Below are positions 39,674 to 53,154 of a DNA stretch of 64,000 nt, one piece after another (position 1 is the first letter of the stretch; every line of letters begins with the position of its first letter). The position numbers were made by a program, and so were the translations under genes. Location: NCBI GenBank assembly GCA_016748015.1, contig JAAOMT010000595.1:4282-68281 (forward strand), given 5' to 3'. The DNA is from Geosiphon pyriformis uo1. Taxonomy: Eukaryota > Fungi > Glomeromycota. A model generated the notes under the pieces. It saw only the letters and a program-made list of their open reading frames with translations, ran no database searches and was not told where the DNA came from.

Positions 39674-42600
39674 TTATGGTATACCAAAGTCTCTGGCACC
39701 TATTGCCCTTCTTTGATTATTAGAGGTAGTTGATGTTGTAGGGGCATTTGAAGTATTAGCGATAACAGTTGTCTGAGAAGCAATGATGCTACTCATTCCA
39801 TCCTGATACCATAAAGACTGTCCGGAATTATTGATACTACTCAATCTCCAAAGATCACCAGGAGTATTAACATTGTTACTTTCATTAGGGCTCGATGTAA
39901 CACTATTGCTCGTTATTCCGACCGCCGAATTTTCATTGATGGTTTCGGTGGTTGGTCTTCGTATTGGCGGCCAATCTTGATCACTGACTGTATGTCGATG
40001 TGAAGAACGTGAAGAAGAAATTGGAGGAACCTGTGTTGACGGATTTTGTTTTACTTGTTGACATGTGTCGCGACCTGCTTTCGTTTTGTTTTATTGCGTT
40101 ACTTTAACATAAATTCACGCATATTAAGATACAAAAGTGCACACTCAGTGACTCACAATACCATGAGATAGGGGTCATTGAAGTATAAAAGTACTAACCG
40201 GCTGGTAATGGTGGGAATAAAGAACTCGAAAAATATGAATCAGGTTCCAAAGGTGAAACAAGACTTTGTCTTCGAGTTGTAATTGATATCGGTTCATCAT
40301 CTCCGTGTAATATATTGGGAAATCCGGGTGGTGGTGATTTTTTACCTTCAAGTATATTCGTGGCATTGGAAGCAGATCCTCTTCGTGGTCTTTGTATAGG
40401 AGCGGGTCGTTGTATTGCTTTTGAAGTAACATTATTAGGCGCTTGAATTAAATGTGAATCATCATGATGTGTAGACATGCGACGAGAATGACCGATAGGA
40501 GCTAAAGGCGGATTTGATACAATATTATTTGGTACAGTTTGCCCAATTACTTGGGTCCCTAGATTAAATGTTTGTACACCCAAAGTTCCTGGTGCTCCAC
40601 TTAAAGGTAAGCCACCATATACATTAGGTGGATTAGTACCTATTGTTGATACACCAGAACCAATATTTCCATTACCACCCAAAACAGGCTCATTAAGAAT
40701 TGACAAGTTCGATGAAGCAACAGACGTGGGCACACCTGTAGGTGGTACAGGTAAATGTGGATTGTTAGACATAGCATTATAGCCACGAGGTGGCATAGCT
40801 TGTCTCATTTGATGATGTGGGTGCATCACTGGAGGACCGTGATGTTGTACACCCATACCAATCGTTCCCAACCCTGTTGCAAACAAAGATGATGTAGAAT
40901 TTATTCCAGGAATAGTGTTCGTTTGTGTTGTTGGTGGATTAACTACTTTTTTATTGTTTGTATAGATATCACTTAAAATGTCATTGGGAATACCTGCTGC
41001 TTGTCCACCATATTGTAATGGTTGATTGGCACCAGATGCTCCAAATAAATGATGTGTTTGATGTGAAGGGGGAAGATGGGGAAGAGTGGGATTAACTGGA
41101 AGTTGTGGGGGTAAATTTTGAGGTCCATCAATTGTTTGATAATTTATCCAACTGATTGAACCACCATTAGCCATAGAACCAACAACTTTGGATAAGGTTC
41201 CTGCTTGATGTTGTGGTTGCGTTTGTATCGGTGGTTGAGCAATAGGAGCAACTTGTCTTTGATGCTGATGTTTCCTTTCATATTGTTGCTTGGGAGGCGG
41301 TAATGTAGCAATCCTTTGTTTTTCCTCCCTTTCTCGTCGTTCTTTTTCTTCCCGCTCTTCCCTTTCCTTACGTTCTTTTTCTTCTTTCTCTTTTCGTAAT
41401 TTTTCTTCCCGTTCACGTTTCTCACGCTCTTCACGTTCTTTTCGTTCTTTCTCTCGTGCCTTGAGCTCTTTCTCTTGCCGTTCTTTCCTTTCGCGTTCTT
41501 CACGCTGTTTTCGCTCCATTATTTCTTGCTCTTTTCGAGCGCGTTCCTCTTTTTCTTTTCGCTCTCTTTCTTCTCTTTCTTTACGCTCTTTTGCCTCTTG
41601 TTCTTTTCGCCGGCGCTCCTCTCTTTCCTTTTCTTCCCTTGCTTTTCTTCGTTTTTCCTCTTCCTTTTTTAGCCTTTCTTCCTCCTTTGCACGTCTCTCT
41701 GCCTCCTTACGAAGTCTCTCTTCCTCACGGCGCTTACGCTCTTCCTCCGCCTTTTTCTCTCGCTCAGCACGTATTGCCGCTTCTTCGGCTAATCTTTCTG
41801 CCTCCTTCCTTGCGCGTTCTTCCTCTTTTTGTTGTTTTTGAGCGCTAGAGATGATCAAATCAGAAAGGTATTAATTCTCGTTGATTTAAAATTGGGTGAT
41901 GGAAAATGACTTGAAAATTACCGCTTCTTAGCGTTCTTTTTTTCTTTTTCTTTCAACTTTTTCTGTTCACGTTCCTCTTTGAGGCGATTCTCCTCCTCTA
42001 ATTCCTCCAAAAACTTCTTTTGCCGTTCTTGGGCAACCTTTGGTAATTAATTTCGGATCAGTATTTCATATATGTATGAGCTAAATTTAAGAGTCAAACC
42101 GATTTGACCAACCTTTTCTTTGTACGCATTAAGAACTCTCTGCTCAAACATTTTTGCGGCGAAAATTTGAAACATTTGTTTACTGTCTTTCATCCGCTGC
42201 TCTTGAGTTACATGGTCCTATATGAATGAAAAATTTAATTATATATTATCAAAAAGAAGTCATATTTCAAAAAGAAATCTAACCTCATCAGCTTCATCTT
42301 CGTACTCATCATCGTATTCCTCATCTTCTTCTTCGAATTCACGTTGTTCCATAGTAGCAGCTTCTTCCTCTCGCTGCATTCGACGTTCTGCAAGTCGCTC
42401 CATCATTTCGAGGAATTTTTTTCCGTCATTTTTCATTAGATCATCAGCTACAGTTAAAATGCCACCTGAGCCAATAAACCATTTTTGTTACAAAATCAGA
42501 AAATTCGCTTATCTATTCTTTTAAGTCGTACTTTCGCCATCTCTTTCTAGGCGAAGTGGCTATGACGCACCTTTCACAGTCAATGGGTTTCCAAACTGGA

Positions 42601-43733
42601 AAATTTCTCTCCTTGTATCACTACCGTTTTCACTGCCTTCATAATCGTCGTCATCGTCATCATCGTCATCATCGTATTCATCATCTTCCTCGTCATCCTC
42701 ATATTCTCCATTTTCATCTGGGAAATCGATCGGGGACGAACCGTATTGTTCTTGTTGATTTGCATATTGTTCTAGCTCTTCATAATATGCATCATATAAT
42801 TGTTCTAGCTCTTCTTCAATAGCAGTTCTAAATTTAATAGAGATTTGCCAATAAGATCTCTACTTATTTTAAAATTGCTTTATGCGAGAAGAGAACTTCA
42901 ATAAAAAAAGAGGTAAATTTAAAAATTCCATGTAGGGTCACGAACCTTTTCTTTCCGCAAACAGAACAGGAACAAGGTGACTTTTGTTGTTCTTTCATTT
43001 TTTTTAGCACCATTTCTTTTTCCACCTTCACCAAACTTCGCCTTTCTTCTTCACCCAATTGGAGCCAAAATTCCCTTATCCGCTGGCGCTCTTCGTTGTT
43101 ATTGGTATTCCAGATACCGTCTTTCCGAGATTTATGAGAGTGATTTTGTTGGGTATTTGGATGAATATCAGCGGAGATTTGATTAATGGGAATGGTCGTT
43201 TTATTTTTCTTCTTCTTTTTCTTTTTTTTTGCCGGAGCGGTGGCACTGAGATGGTTTTCATCGATTTCAAAGTTCCCTGTGGAGTTCTTACGAGGAAATG
43301 GAATTTCAGGGGCTTCTGGATCATATCCATCATCGTCTGAGAAAAACTCATCCTGGTCTTCGTCGATTTCGTCAGGTAGCTCCTCTTCGATCATATAATT
43401 ACCCGAAGAATTAGTGTTCTGTGAGACAGTGCCATTTTCAGGTACGTCGCTTTCTTCGTTGTTCCCAACACCAGGTTTTCTCTTTCCTTTCTTTTTCTTC
43501 TTCTTTTTAGCAATACCGTTTTGAGAAATATGGGATAGGGAAGCATCAAGTTCTTGACCAGCGGGTGAAGAAAGGGGTGACTGATTTGGTGGTGAGAGCT
43601 CTTTAACAATGTTCATGCATTTAGTGCCTTTCTTATTATAAATCACTGCTTGCTTAGCGTTTTGAGGTTGGAAATTTATTGGTGGATGAGGCAAACTTTC
43701 GTCAGGTGGGAAAGTGTGCGAGGTCGCCATCAT
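39674..43733 (-). CDS. NST1: Stress response protein NST1, multi-exon
   Basis: [57 protein letters not shown] / [23 protein letters not shown] / FGNPLTVKG / [28 protein letters not shown] / [16 protein letters not shown] long E/R/K charged helix and a P/Q/N-rich tail follow. Confidence 0.93.
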
Positions 43734-45359
43734 TATTGCGTTTTAGTCAAATAGGGCCCCCTGAATCTTTTTATCAGATCTATCGCAAACTAATAGCGCG
43801 AATAAAAAGGATTAAGAAAACCCACAATTTGAACGAGTTTTTTTGATGTTGGAACCAGATTGTTCTTCAAAACGCGGTGAAATTACTTACGATTAGCGAA
43901 GATAGGCTCGGTCTTAGATATTTTGAAAAGAAACCTTTAAGAAAGTAAACTTCGAGAAACTCTACGTGGACTTATAGGTGATTCTAATGATTTTTATATT
44001 TATCCCTTTTGGCAAACTAGCTCACGGAAAGTCCTTTCACAATTATCAGATTATTGACGAATCTTTTACTACGTCATTAGTGTAAGTCATGCCTGAGATC
44101 TCCGTGGTTTAAAAAAAAGTATTATACATGATACATGAACATGATTTGTATTATTACTCATGTGGCTGGGCTCAAATTAGTTGCTCTCAATTGTCAATTT
44201 GTCTTTAGCACAGGTATATTAAAAGTTTATCAAAATTTTGAAGTTTCACGTTACATTTTTACATTATGATCCCCATTTTTCTATTTTCTATTGTAATAAG
44301 CGATATCAACTGGAACATTAGGATCGAACTAAAAACTTATAGAATGAGATGATAATCATTTGATTTAACCTAAAAAATACTTGATGAAATATTATTTCTT
44401 TTTTTAGAAAAAAAAATGCCAAACTTCGTATATAAAATTAGCTTGAAAATGGTATTCTTTATCGCATCATAAATCACAAAAACTGATCGATATCCTTAAG
44501 TCATTTATATTATAATGTTTAGAGAACAAATTCCAATATTTATTTACGAATTAACATTAAATAATAAAAAAATCTTAAATCATAAATATTTTAAATAAAA
44601 ATTTAAGAAAAATTTAACATGAAATTTAAACGAATTTTTACCAAGCAAATATGTATTTTGTATATGTTATTTTTATATACTTATCTATTACTACCAAAAA
44701 AATATATTTGGAAAATTATTAATAATTGAACAACTCATATATTTATAATATAAATTAAGAAGTTTTCTTTCATATATTAATTATTATTAAAGATTGAAAA
44801 TTATTAATTTACAAACATTAATTTTTACATATTATTATATTAATTTTTTAATACAAACTTCTTAGTCAAAATTATATAAAACTGCTTTGTAAAATTTATT
44901 TTAATTGATTAATTAAAAAATAACAAATTAACAAAATTTTCATAATTTTAAAGTTATTAATGATATTATTTAATTATTTAAATTATAATTTATTATATTT
45001 GTAAATAATATTTATTCTAATAGTTGCATTAATAATATAAATAAATATATAATCTAATAATTTGGTTTTTTATACTTAATATAAACAATACTTAAATACT
45101 TAAATTATTAATTTTTTATTTAATAACAAATAATTTATAAAACAAAGTATTTAAAATATAAATATATAAATTGGCTATTTTAATAAACATATATAATAGT
45201 ATTATAAATAAATAAAACAGCTTTTTAAATAAAAAATTACAATACATATTATAATATTAAAATTAAAATTAAATAAAAAAGAATTTATATTATTAAATTT
45301 AATTTAATAATATTAACTATAATTACAATTTTTTTTATTTCTTTAATAAGTATGACTTA

Positions 45360-47850
45360 ATTATTATCTAATACACAAAAACAAACTAAATAAGTCTAAC
45401 TAAATGTGGTTTATGCACTTTTTACATGTGACTGGCCACTTGGGCCAATTAAAACAATACTATATACTTATATATATTCTTACATTATTACAAACACTTA
45501 AAAAAAAAAAAAAACTTTACATAAACTAAAACTAATAGTAAATAACTTGACAATACCAAACAAATAAACAAAATTCACTAATAAACAACTAAACACAACA
45601 CAAAAAGCAGTATAAACTACTCTTAAATTATTAAATAGGTTACTTTTTTTTATGTCTATTCTAAATTTTGTTTTGAATAATTATAACTTACTTTAATATT
45701 TTTTAGTCAAACAGCAAGCAAAATCAACTATTATTAACACAGTTTTCTTTTTTTCCAAAAACTAAAATCATTTTATTAGTCTATTATTTGAAAACAAAAT
45801 TCTTGTATAAAATTTTATAAACACCAATATCTAACATTTCTAAAAAAAAAGTATGCAAAACTAAAAATAATAATAAAAAACATCTATTCACCAGAGATTT
45901 TCACAACTTAACATGACTTAACAAGATCTTAAAATATATCATAGTGTTTTTTAGACAAGTAAAAACATAATTAAGCAATTCAATATTGTCATATATCAAA
46001 TACAATACTTTTAAATAACTCTTATTATAGAATCTTTTTCTAATAACAACTAACAATTTTTTATGGACTATTTTTATTAGATATATGCAAAGAATTGCCA
46101 AAATTTTGTTCATAAATTCTAAAAACATATGGAAATTTAGATGCCAAACTATTATAATATTAATTCAATCAATGACTCCAATTAATATTTTATCCATAAC
46201 TTCTGTACCAAAACCAGTCTTCTATTAAGTTCTATAAACTGTTCCATAAATATTTTGAACAAAGTAATAAGCATTTTTTGATACAAATTGGCTATTAATT
46301 ATAATGAATTTTTTATGAAATCTAACAGAAATAACAAAGTTAAAGATTACTGTATTACATGTAAAAATGTCAGCTCTGTTATTATTAATGTTTTCTAGGT
46401 GATCTTTGATCTTTATCTACTTAACAAAAATATTCTTAGACTTGATTAAATTAACTATATAATGTTTTTCTACTTAGTATTTGTTTCAAAAATCTGGCAA
46501 AAAAAGCTCAAATTCCGAAATGTACATATTTAGAGCTGTTTAATTGTTTATATACACTACTATCAAATACAATAAAGAAATACATTTCAATACTAAAGCA
46601 ACTGTCTAAAGTTTTGACATTGTAAAAAATAGTATTCTATGTATTTTTATGCTTATATTTATCTTAACATTAGGAAAATAAGCCATTATCTCACTAGTTA
46701 TTTTTATAGTATCTAATTGTTTTAATAATTCATTTGTGTAAACATTAAATATATTAGTTTACAATCTATGTAAATAATTACAAATGTTTAAGAAAGCAGA
46801 TAAATAAAAAAAATTTGAACAACCAAAAGCAAATATAGTCTTATTAAATTCCATACAACAACTAATTATATAAGTTAAAGCTTTTTTAAATTACAATAGC
46901 ATTAGACTTTTGAAACTTAGTCTTTTCTATTGATTAAAAGTTTTTCAACTCATAACCAACTTTTATTTATTCAACAATTTATTACCAAAAACAATACCAA
47001 AGTGCTTTAAAGAATAAATTACATTGAAATAAAAAGAATCTTTTAAAATTTTTAATATTAAAAAATGTTCTAAACCATAAAAAGCATTGAACAAGCTATT
47101 AGTCATAGAAATTTTGTTATTCAAAAAAAGCTTCACAATACCTACCAAAAAGTTATTTACAAAACTAACTTTTAATTTGACAGAGTATTACAAAAAATTT
47201 ATTAATGCCTATTTCAAAACTTGTAAATCTAAAAAATAATACTTAAACAATTATTCAAAAATCCTTGACATATTAGAAAACATAACCAAAAAAACAACCT
47301 TGTCTTCTATCTGAATCTGTTTAAAGGTTTTCAATTCATAAAAAAATGGATAATACAAAGTCTTATTAAAAAAATTCTTTGGCAGATTGGCCTTAAACTT
47401 AAATTTTTTTCTCAATATAATGTTTTATTTTTGGCACATATTTTTAAATATAAAACTAAACTGTATTTAGTAGTTAATAATAAACTATAAAATTACTAAA
47501 ACCAGATAAAAAAATTGTTTATTTGACAATGTTTTTCTAAGAATTAAATTAGAAAAAAACTTAATATCTAAATATGCTCTGACAAGATTGGACTTAGATA
47601 TGCTTTCTGTTAACAAAAATATTCTTAAGTATCTATAAAATTCATCATATTTGATTATAAATATTGGCTAATTACTAATGTTTAAAGACATATTTACAAC
47701 TTTTTGATTAATAAAAATTGCCAGTCTTGTTATTGTTAATAGAAATATCATTAATTTCAAAAAACTTACTAGTTATATTCAAAATATATTGCATTAAAGT
47801 CTAATTATTCCTTATCCAAATTGTGTTATTAAAAAATACATCTGCTGCAA
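45360..47850 (-). mobile_element. 5'-truncated decayed LINE copy (RT C-terminus, RNase H, zinc finger, 3' UTR)
   Basis: 45420-45452 matches the 3' UTR at 48428-48458. 47381-47400 (ggcagattggccttaaactt) matches 50392-50412 of the young copy. Confidence 0.85.
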
Positions 47851-48465
47851 AAAAAAAATCTATCTTTACTTATTTTTATTTTGTTTATTGTTATATGAAT
47901 TTTTTTTTCTTTTAATAATTATACTATGATTAATTTTTACAGTTTTTTAGATCAAATAATAATATAGTAAATTATCTAATTTTAACATGAGAATAAGTAT
48001 ATTAGTCTTGATTAGTATCATTTTTAATTTATGTTAAATTCTTATTTAATATATTATTACTATTCTCTTATTTAAGAATTTAAAGATTAGCTTGATAAGT
48101 TTTCTTAATTTTCTAGCAGATATTGGATAATTTTATTTAATTAATGTTTTTATTATTGAATTTGGTGTATGATATAATATTTTTATTGAAATTGTTGTTG
48201 GTATCTACTATTATACTAGTTTTTTAAGAAGAATTTCTGTCATATTTTTATATTTTTAATTGTGTTTTTTCTTAAGGCTTTTGTGGAGATACTTTTTTTA
48301 TTTTATCCTAATATCAAACATCTGTATTTTTTTTTTTTTTTTTTTTAAGTTTAACGAGTGAAGCCCAATCACTATCTAATACAATACAACTATCTAAAGT
48401 TCTAAATTAAATGTGATTCACACTCTTGCTACATGTGACTAGCCACTCGGCCAATTAAGGCTACA

Positions 48466-51400
48466 CTACACAACTATATTTACCATAACTTCACCAGCAG
48501 CACTAGTGAAAAACAAATGGCTACTACTCAAGCCAAAGCTGACCACATGACCCCTATCTACTCCCAGTAAATAAGCGACACCACCTGAAATTCTAGCGGG
48601 GAAACCCTGGACAATGTTACATAAAGATCCATCCGCACCCAACAATCCATGCTGCTCCATTTCCACTCGAAGTTTCGAATTGGGTATCTAAATCTGCTCC
48701 CTATGGCCAACAACCAGACTCTGAATAAACTCGACCAGCCTCAACATCGCAAGCTTAGAATCCACAAAGAATGTTTTAGCCTCTGTTAGCCAATTATCCA
48801 ACACTAAATTCTTGCACAAAGCTGTATACAGATCACTATCGGAAACAGAAGAAGCCAGAGACTGCAGAACTGCAGACGATGACAAAGTAGCCCCAGTAAA
48901 AGATTTCCAAAGAGAGGAGTGCTCACACAAGATGCCCTGACACATCAAAAAATCCAAGTGACAAGTAAAACTATGATCAGAAAATTCCACCTCCCCGCAA
49001 CATATACATGATACACTAGGATAATTCCGATTATACAAATGCTTCCTAACAGCCACTGGCAGCCTTCTGTGTAAAGTCTTCATCAAATATGTGTGCAAAC
49101 TGGCAGTGGTTCTGCTTGTATATCCAGCTGACATGTGAGAATCAGGATGCCAGACCAATACAGTACAAAACCAATTTATGTCCCCAATCCATGAAGAATC
49201 CACAACACTCAAACCAGATCTAAATTCCCATTGGAAATGCCTAACAGTATTATTTGCTATCCTAATAAAGTGGTGTGCCTTGCCGGAAATCACCTTACCA
49301 TCTGCCAATAAGAAATTCTCTTTGATGTTTGCTGGGAGAAAAAGTCCCGATGACGTGGCTGTATCAGTCAAACAATCAGCGTGCTCATTACTTAACACAC
49401 CAGAGTGACCCTTTACCTTCACCCAGACAACAGAAATGTTTTTACATTTGACCAAATTGGCGATATGATGGCACTCAACCCAGCATTTGTTGTGGAAATC
49501 CAGAGCCACCAAACTCAATTCAGTCTAACAAGCATCCAAGGAGGCCTGGCTGTTAGAAAGAACTATAACATCCAAAAAAGCCAGAACACACTCAAGCACC
49601 AATGCAATAGCCTGCATCTCAGCTAGGGTAGATGACAACAGACCATGAACCTCCACACCTACATGCAAACCCAGATCAGAAAAATATGTGGCAGCTCCTT
49701 CGACAGCATCAGAAGTACCAAAGTTTTTAATAGAACTATTAATATAAACTGAAATCACCGGCAAAGAAGCATCTTTCAGACTAGAATAAACAAAACTGAA
49801 GTGGTCCATATCCAAAATGTCCAATTTAAGAGGAGACTCAACAGCAGGAGATGCACCCTTAACCAAACCACTATTCTTGACAAAACCTGAAACCAGTGTA
49901 AACCACAAGGGAACTGAGCCTCTGAGATCCAAATGCTTTCAACAGCGAAAATTTTTCCAATCAAAACATTCCCCATGACTGTCTAGCAATTGGTCTGCAA
50001 ACATGATCCTGAAACACTTCAGCAATCTGCAAACCTGGAGATACATTGTCTGGTCCAAAATATCCAGAACAGAAAAACCTCTCTTGAGATGAAAAGCATT
50101 GGGTAAACTATTAGTTAGGGAAACTTCATTACGTAGAAAAATTTTTGTGACACCAGCCAGAAAATTGTTTGTTGGGTTGACCATCAACTTTACAGGAGAT
50201 CGAAGAGGGTTTCAAAGAACCCAGCCTAAAACCTGCAAGTCCATCGACCTATGTCTAAACAGTCGGCCCAACATTCCACCATCATTAGCAAACTGTAACA
50301 CTGATGAGACTTTTGCTTCTGCCTAAACTTGCTCAAAGAGCTTCAAATTGTACAAGAAAGGATGGTGTACTGCCTCGTTAAGAAAGTCTCTAGGCAGACT
50401 GGCCTTAAACTTCAAACCCTTTCTAATTACACAGTTCCATTTCTCGCATGTGCTCCTACTGACAAAGCTGAATTGAGTCCTATATTTTACTATAGGCTGT
50501 AAAACAGCTGACACCAAATAAAAGAACTGCTTGTCTGTGATAGCTTTGCGCAAAACCATGGACGAGAAAAACTTGACATCTAAATTTGTCTTCTTCAGAC
50601 TTGGACCAGAAAGACCCTTGGTTGACAGAAAGATACCTAAATACCAATGAGTTTCGCCAGCCTTTGCAATTAAAATTGGAGACCTGCTCACTTTTAAGGA
50701 GATATTGCTAGACCTTGGATTAATAGGAATGGCAATTGTCTTCTTAGTATTAATTGATATATCCATTAACCCAAAAAATTCACTAGCAATGTTCAAAATA
50801 TTCTGCGTTGCTGTAAGACAATTGCCAACCCAAATGGTATCATCCACGAAAGCACCAGCAGACAAATAGAAAGTCAAATCAGCATTTGATTCAATTCTGC
50901 CCGTCCTGACTACAAATTTGGAATCAACTCGATATCCAAAAACCAACTCATGTTTCTTCATTTTGCACAAAAGAGGATCATAAAAAATCCTCCACAAAAA
51001 AGGAGAAAAAACTTCATTCTGGTCCAGACCGTTATGTACTTTGTAGCCCTCAGACAGACCAAAGTCTGTCATAACTCTGTTCATGTGACCATTGTAAATA
51101 CTACCAAAAAACCTGATGAATTTTTTACACATCTTAATTCTCTTCAGACTACCTTTCAAATGTAATCAACTCACCGAGTTGTAAGCTTTGTGCATGTCCT
51201 GAAGTACCAATTAAAGTTCCCTACTCTTTTCCAAAGTGTCTTCTATAACAGATCCAACAACAAAGATAAGGGGCTGAGTGGAAGTGCCTTTCAGCACTGA
51301 AAAATTGTCTCCACGTAGAACGTTGTGTGTGCTGCAGGCTTTCGAAATGTGATCAGATAGAATTTTTGAAAGAATCTTCCTAGAGGTCTCAATGAGAGCA

Positions 51401-53154
51401 ATTGGCTTGGTGTTCGTCAGAACTCCATCCCACTCATAAGATTTTGGAATCATGGATACCCAGGCCTCTCTCCAGGCATCTGGAATGGATTCATACACCA
51501 AGCATAAGTTGAGCAGATGCAAAAGAAGGACCAGAACAGACTTATCACAGTGTTTTCACATTTCATTAGAGATACCAGACAAACCTGCAGCTTTGCCATC
51601 TGGAAGATTTTTTACTACCAACAAAAATTTACCAAAATCAATATGCTTCATCATGCCAGAGAACGCACCATCATTAACATGATTAAAAGGAGAAAATTGT
51701 TCTTGCCATCGGAAAGGCATTGAAAGTTTAACTGCACATTTCCTGGTCCAATTCTCTATAATCAAATCCACCCTGCTTTTAACCAAATCAGGCTCCAATA
51801 TCAAATCTCTATTATCAACCAGATGGTCCAGTGTAACTTTTCTGAAAGGTTTCTCTAACACACTCCTAATCATTTGACCTTTGTTGTCCACAAAAGCTTC
51901 CATATACTTTTCAATAGCTGTCTGAATTTGTGAGTCCTCGAAAGCCTTAGATTCCAAAAACTTGCAAGACCTATACAATTTCCTAAACCTTGCTAGTGAT
52001 TGTTCAACCAATACTCTGTCATGACCATTGCTCAAGGAACTCTTGAATATTACAGTCTGGTCAAAGTCCAAATCGATTCTCTTATTAACCAAAAACTGAA
52101 ATTTAACCATATTGCCTGTTTTGTAAGCATCCAAAATTTTTGCAACCAAAATTTCCAACCTGTGAAACTTAGAAGATATAGCTGTCTTGACCGACCCAAT
52201 GTCCCTGAACCATGTTTTCACGAAAGTGGCCTCTGCTGCAGAGCACACTATTAAACAAAGAAGTGTCCACATTCCATTGATATCATCATTAGAGCCATGG
52301 AGTTCAAAATCACCAGCAGCCTTTGAAGCAGCAGCTAATGACGCGTCCCCAAACTTTTTCTAGATCTTGCCACTAACATTACTAACTCTGTATTTCCATT
52401 TTTTTCTCGCGGCCTGCCTGCATATTGAATTAAGCTGAGAACTGAGAAAGCTCTCTAAACCAATGTTTACCGACATGGCCAAGTGGTCAGAATCAAAAAA
52501 TTCGGCCGGACATGACACACTCTGGTTAAAAGAAGAACTGCGAAGACCATTACTAATTAATATAAAGTCTATGCACTTATGAACACTCCTTGAATTGGAC
52601 CACATGGGAAGCCTGTGTGAAGAAATACCATGTAAAGAATCAAACAAACCCAAATTCAGACATTTCTTGAAGCTTGTACTGTGGCCAGAATCATTTTCAT
52701 TAAAGTCGCCACCAAGAACAACAAAAGTACTGCTATTTAAAGCCTCAGCCACCATTGAATTGACAACGTAAGAGTGAGCCAGTCTCTTTTCCAAGGTGGC
52801 ACCTGCATATAAGCCCAAAACTATCACTAAAAGTTTATTTTTGAAAAGCAATTTCACAGAGATGAGCTGGCCTGGCACCTCAGAAATCTTGCACACATGC
52901 TTTGCCAGAGAAACATCTATAATTATGGTAACTCCTGCATCCAAATAACCAGATTCCAAACCAGAGGTAAACACCCAAACATCATCAAATTTGTTTATAA
53001 TCCAAGGACAAACCTTTCCTTTCAACTTTGTTTCAATAACCATAAAAATCATGTTATCCACATTTTTGTGCCATTAAACAATATCTTCCTGCTTGGCAAG
53101 ATTGTTCATGCCCCTCATATTGCACATAGCCACTTTTCAAACCAGGTCAATCAT
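48466..53154 (-). pseudogene. LINE ORF2 (APE endonuclease, reverse transcriptase, RNase H, zinc finger)
   Basis: APE: ETKL, LGGDFNE, IDFILIS, SDH. RT: KPIALIETSRKILSK, QDMHKAYNS, AFVDDTIW, YLGIF. RNase H: STLAEMQAI, SNSQASL, WVKVKGHSGVLSNEHAD. Zinc finger CICCGEVEFSDHSFTC. All pieces lie in one frame broken by stops. Confidence 0.92.

Noticed and set aside
41144-41848. Ser/Arg/Phe-rich antisense and alternate-frame ORFs
   Set aside because: Shadows of the low-complexity E/R/K region of NST1.
44071-44077. ATF/CRE-like ATGACGT upstream of NST1
   Set aside because: A single 7-mer is plausible but unsupported without conservation.
48400-48465. tRNA gene or tRNA-derived SINE (A-box TGGCCGAGTGG)
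   Set aside because: No GTTCGA B-box or cloverleaf, and it lies within the LINE 3' UTR.
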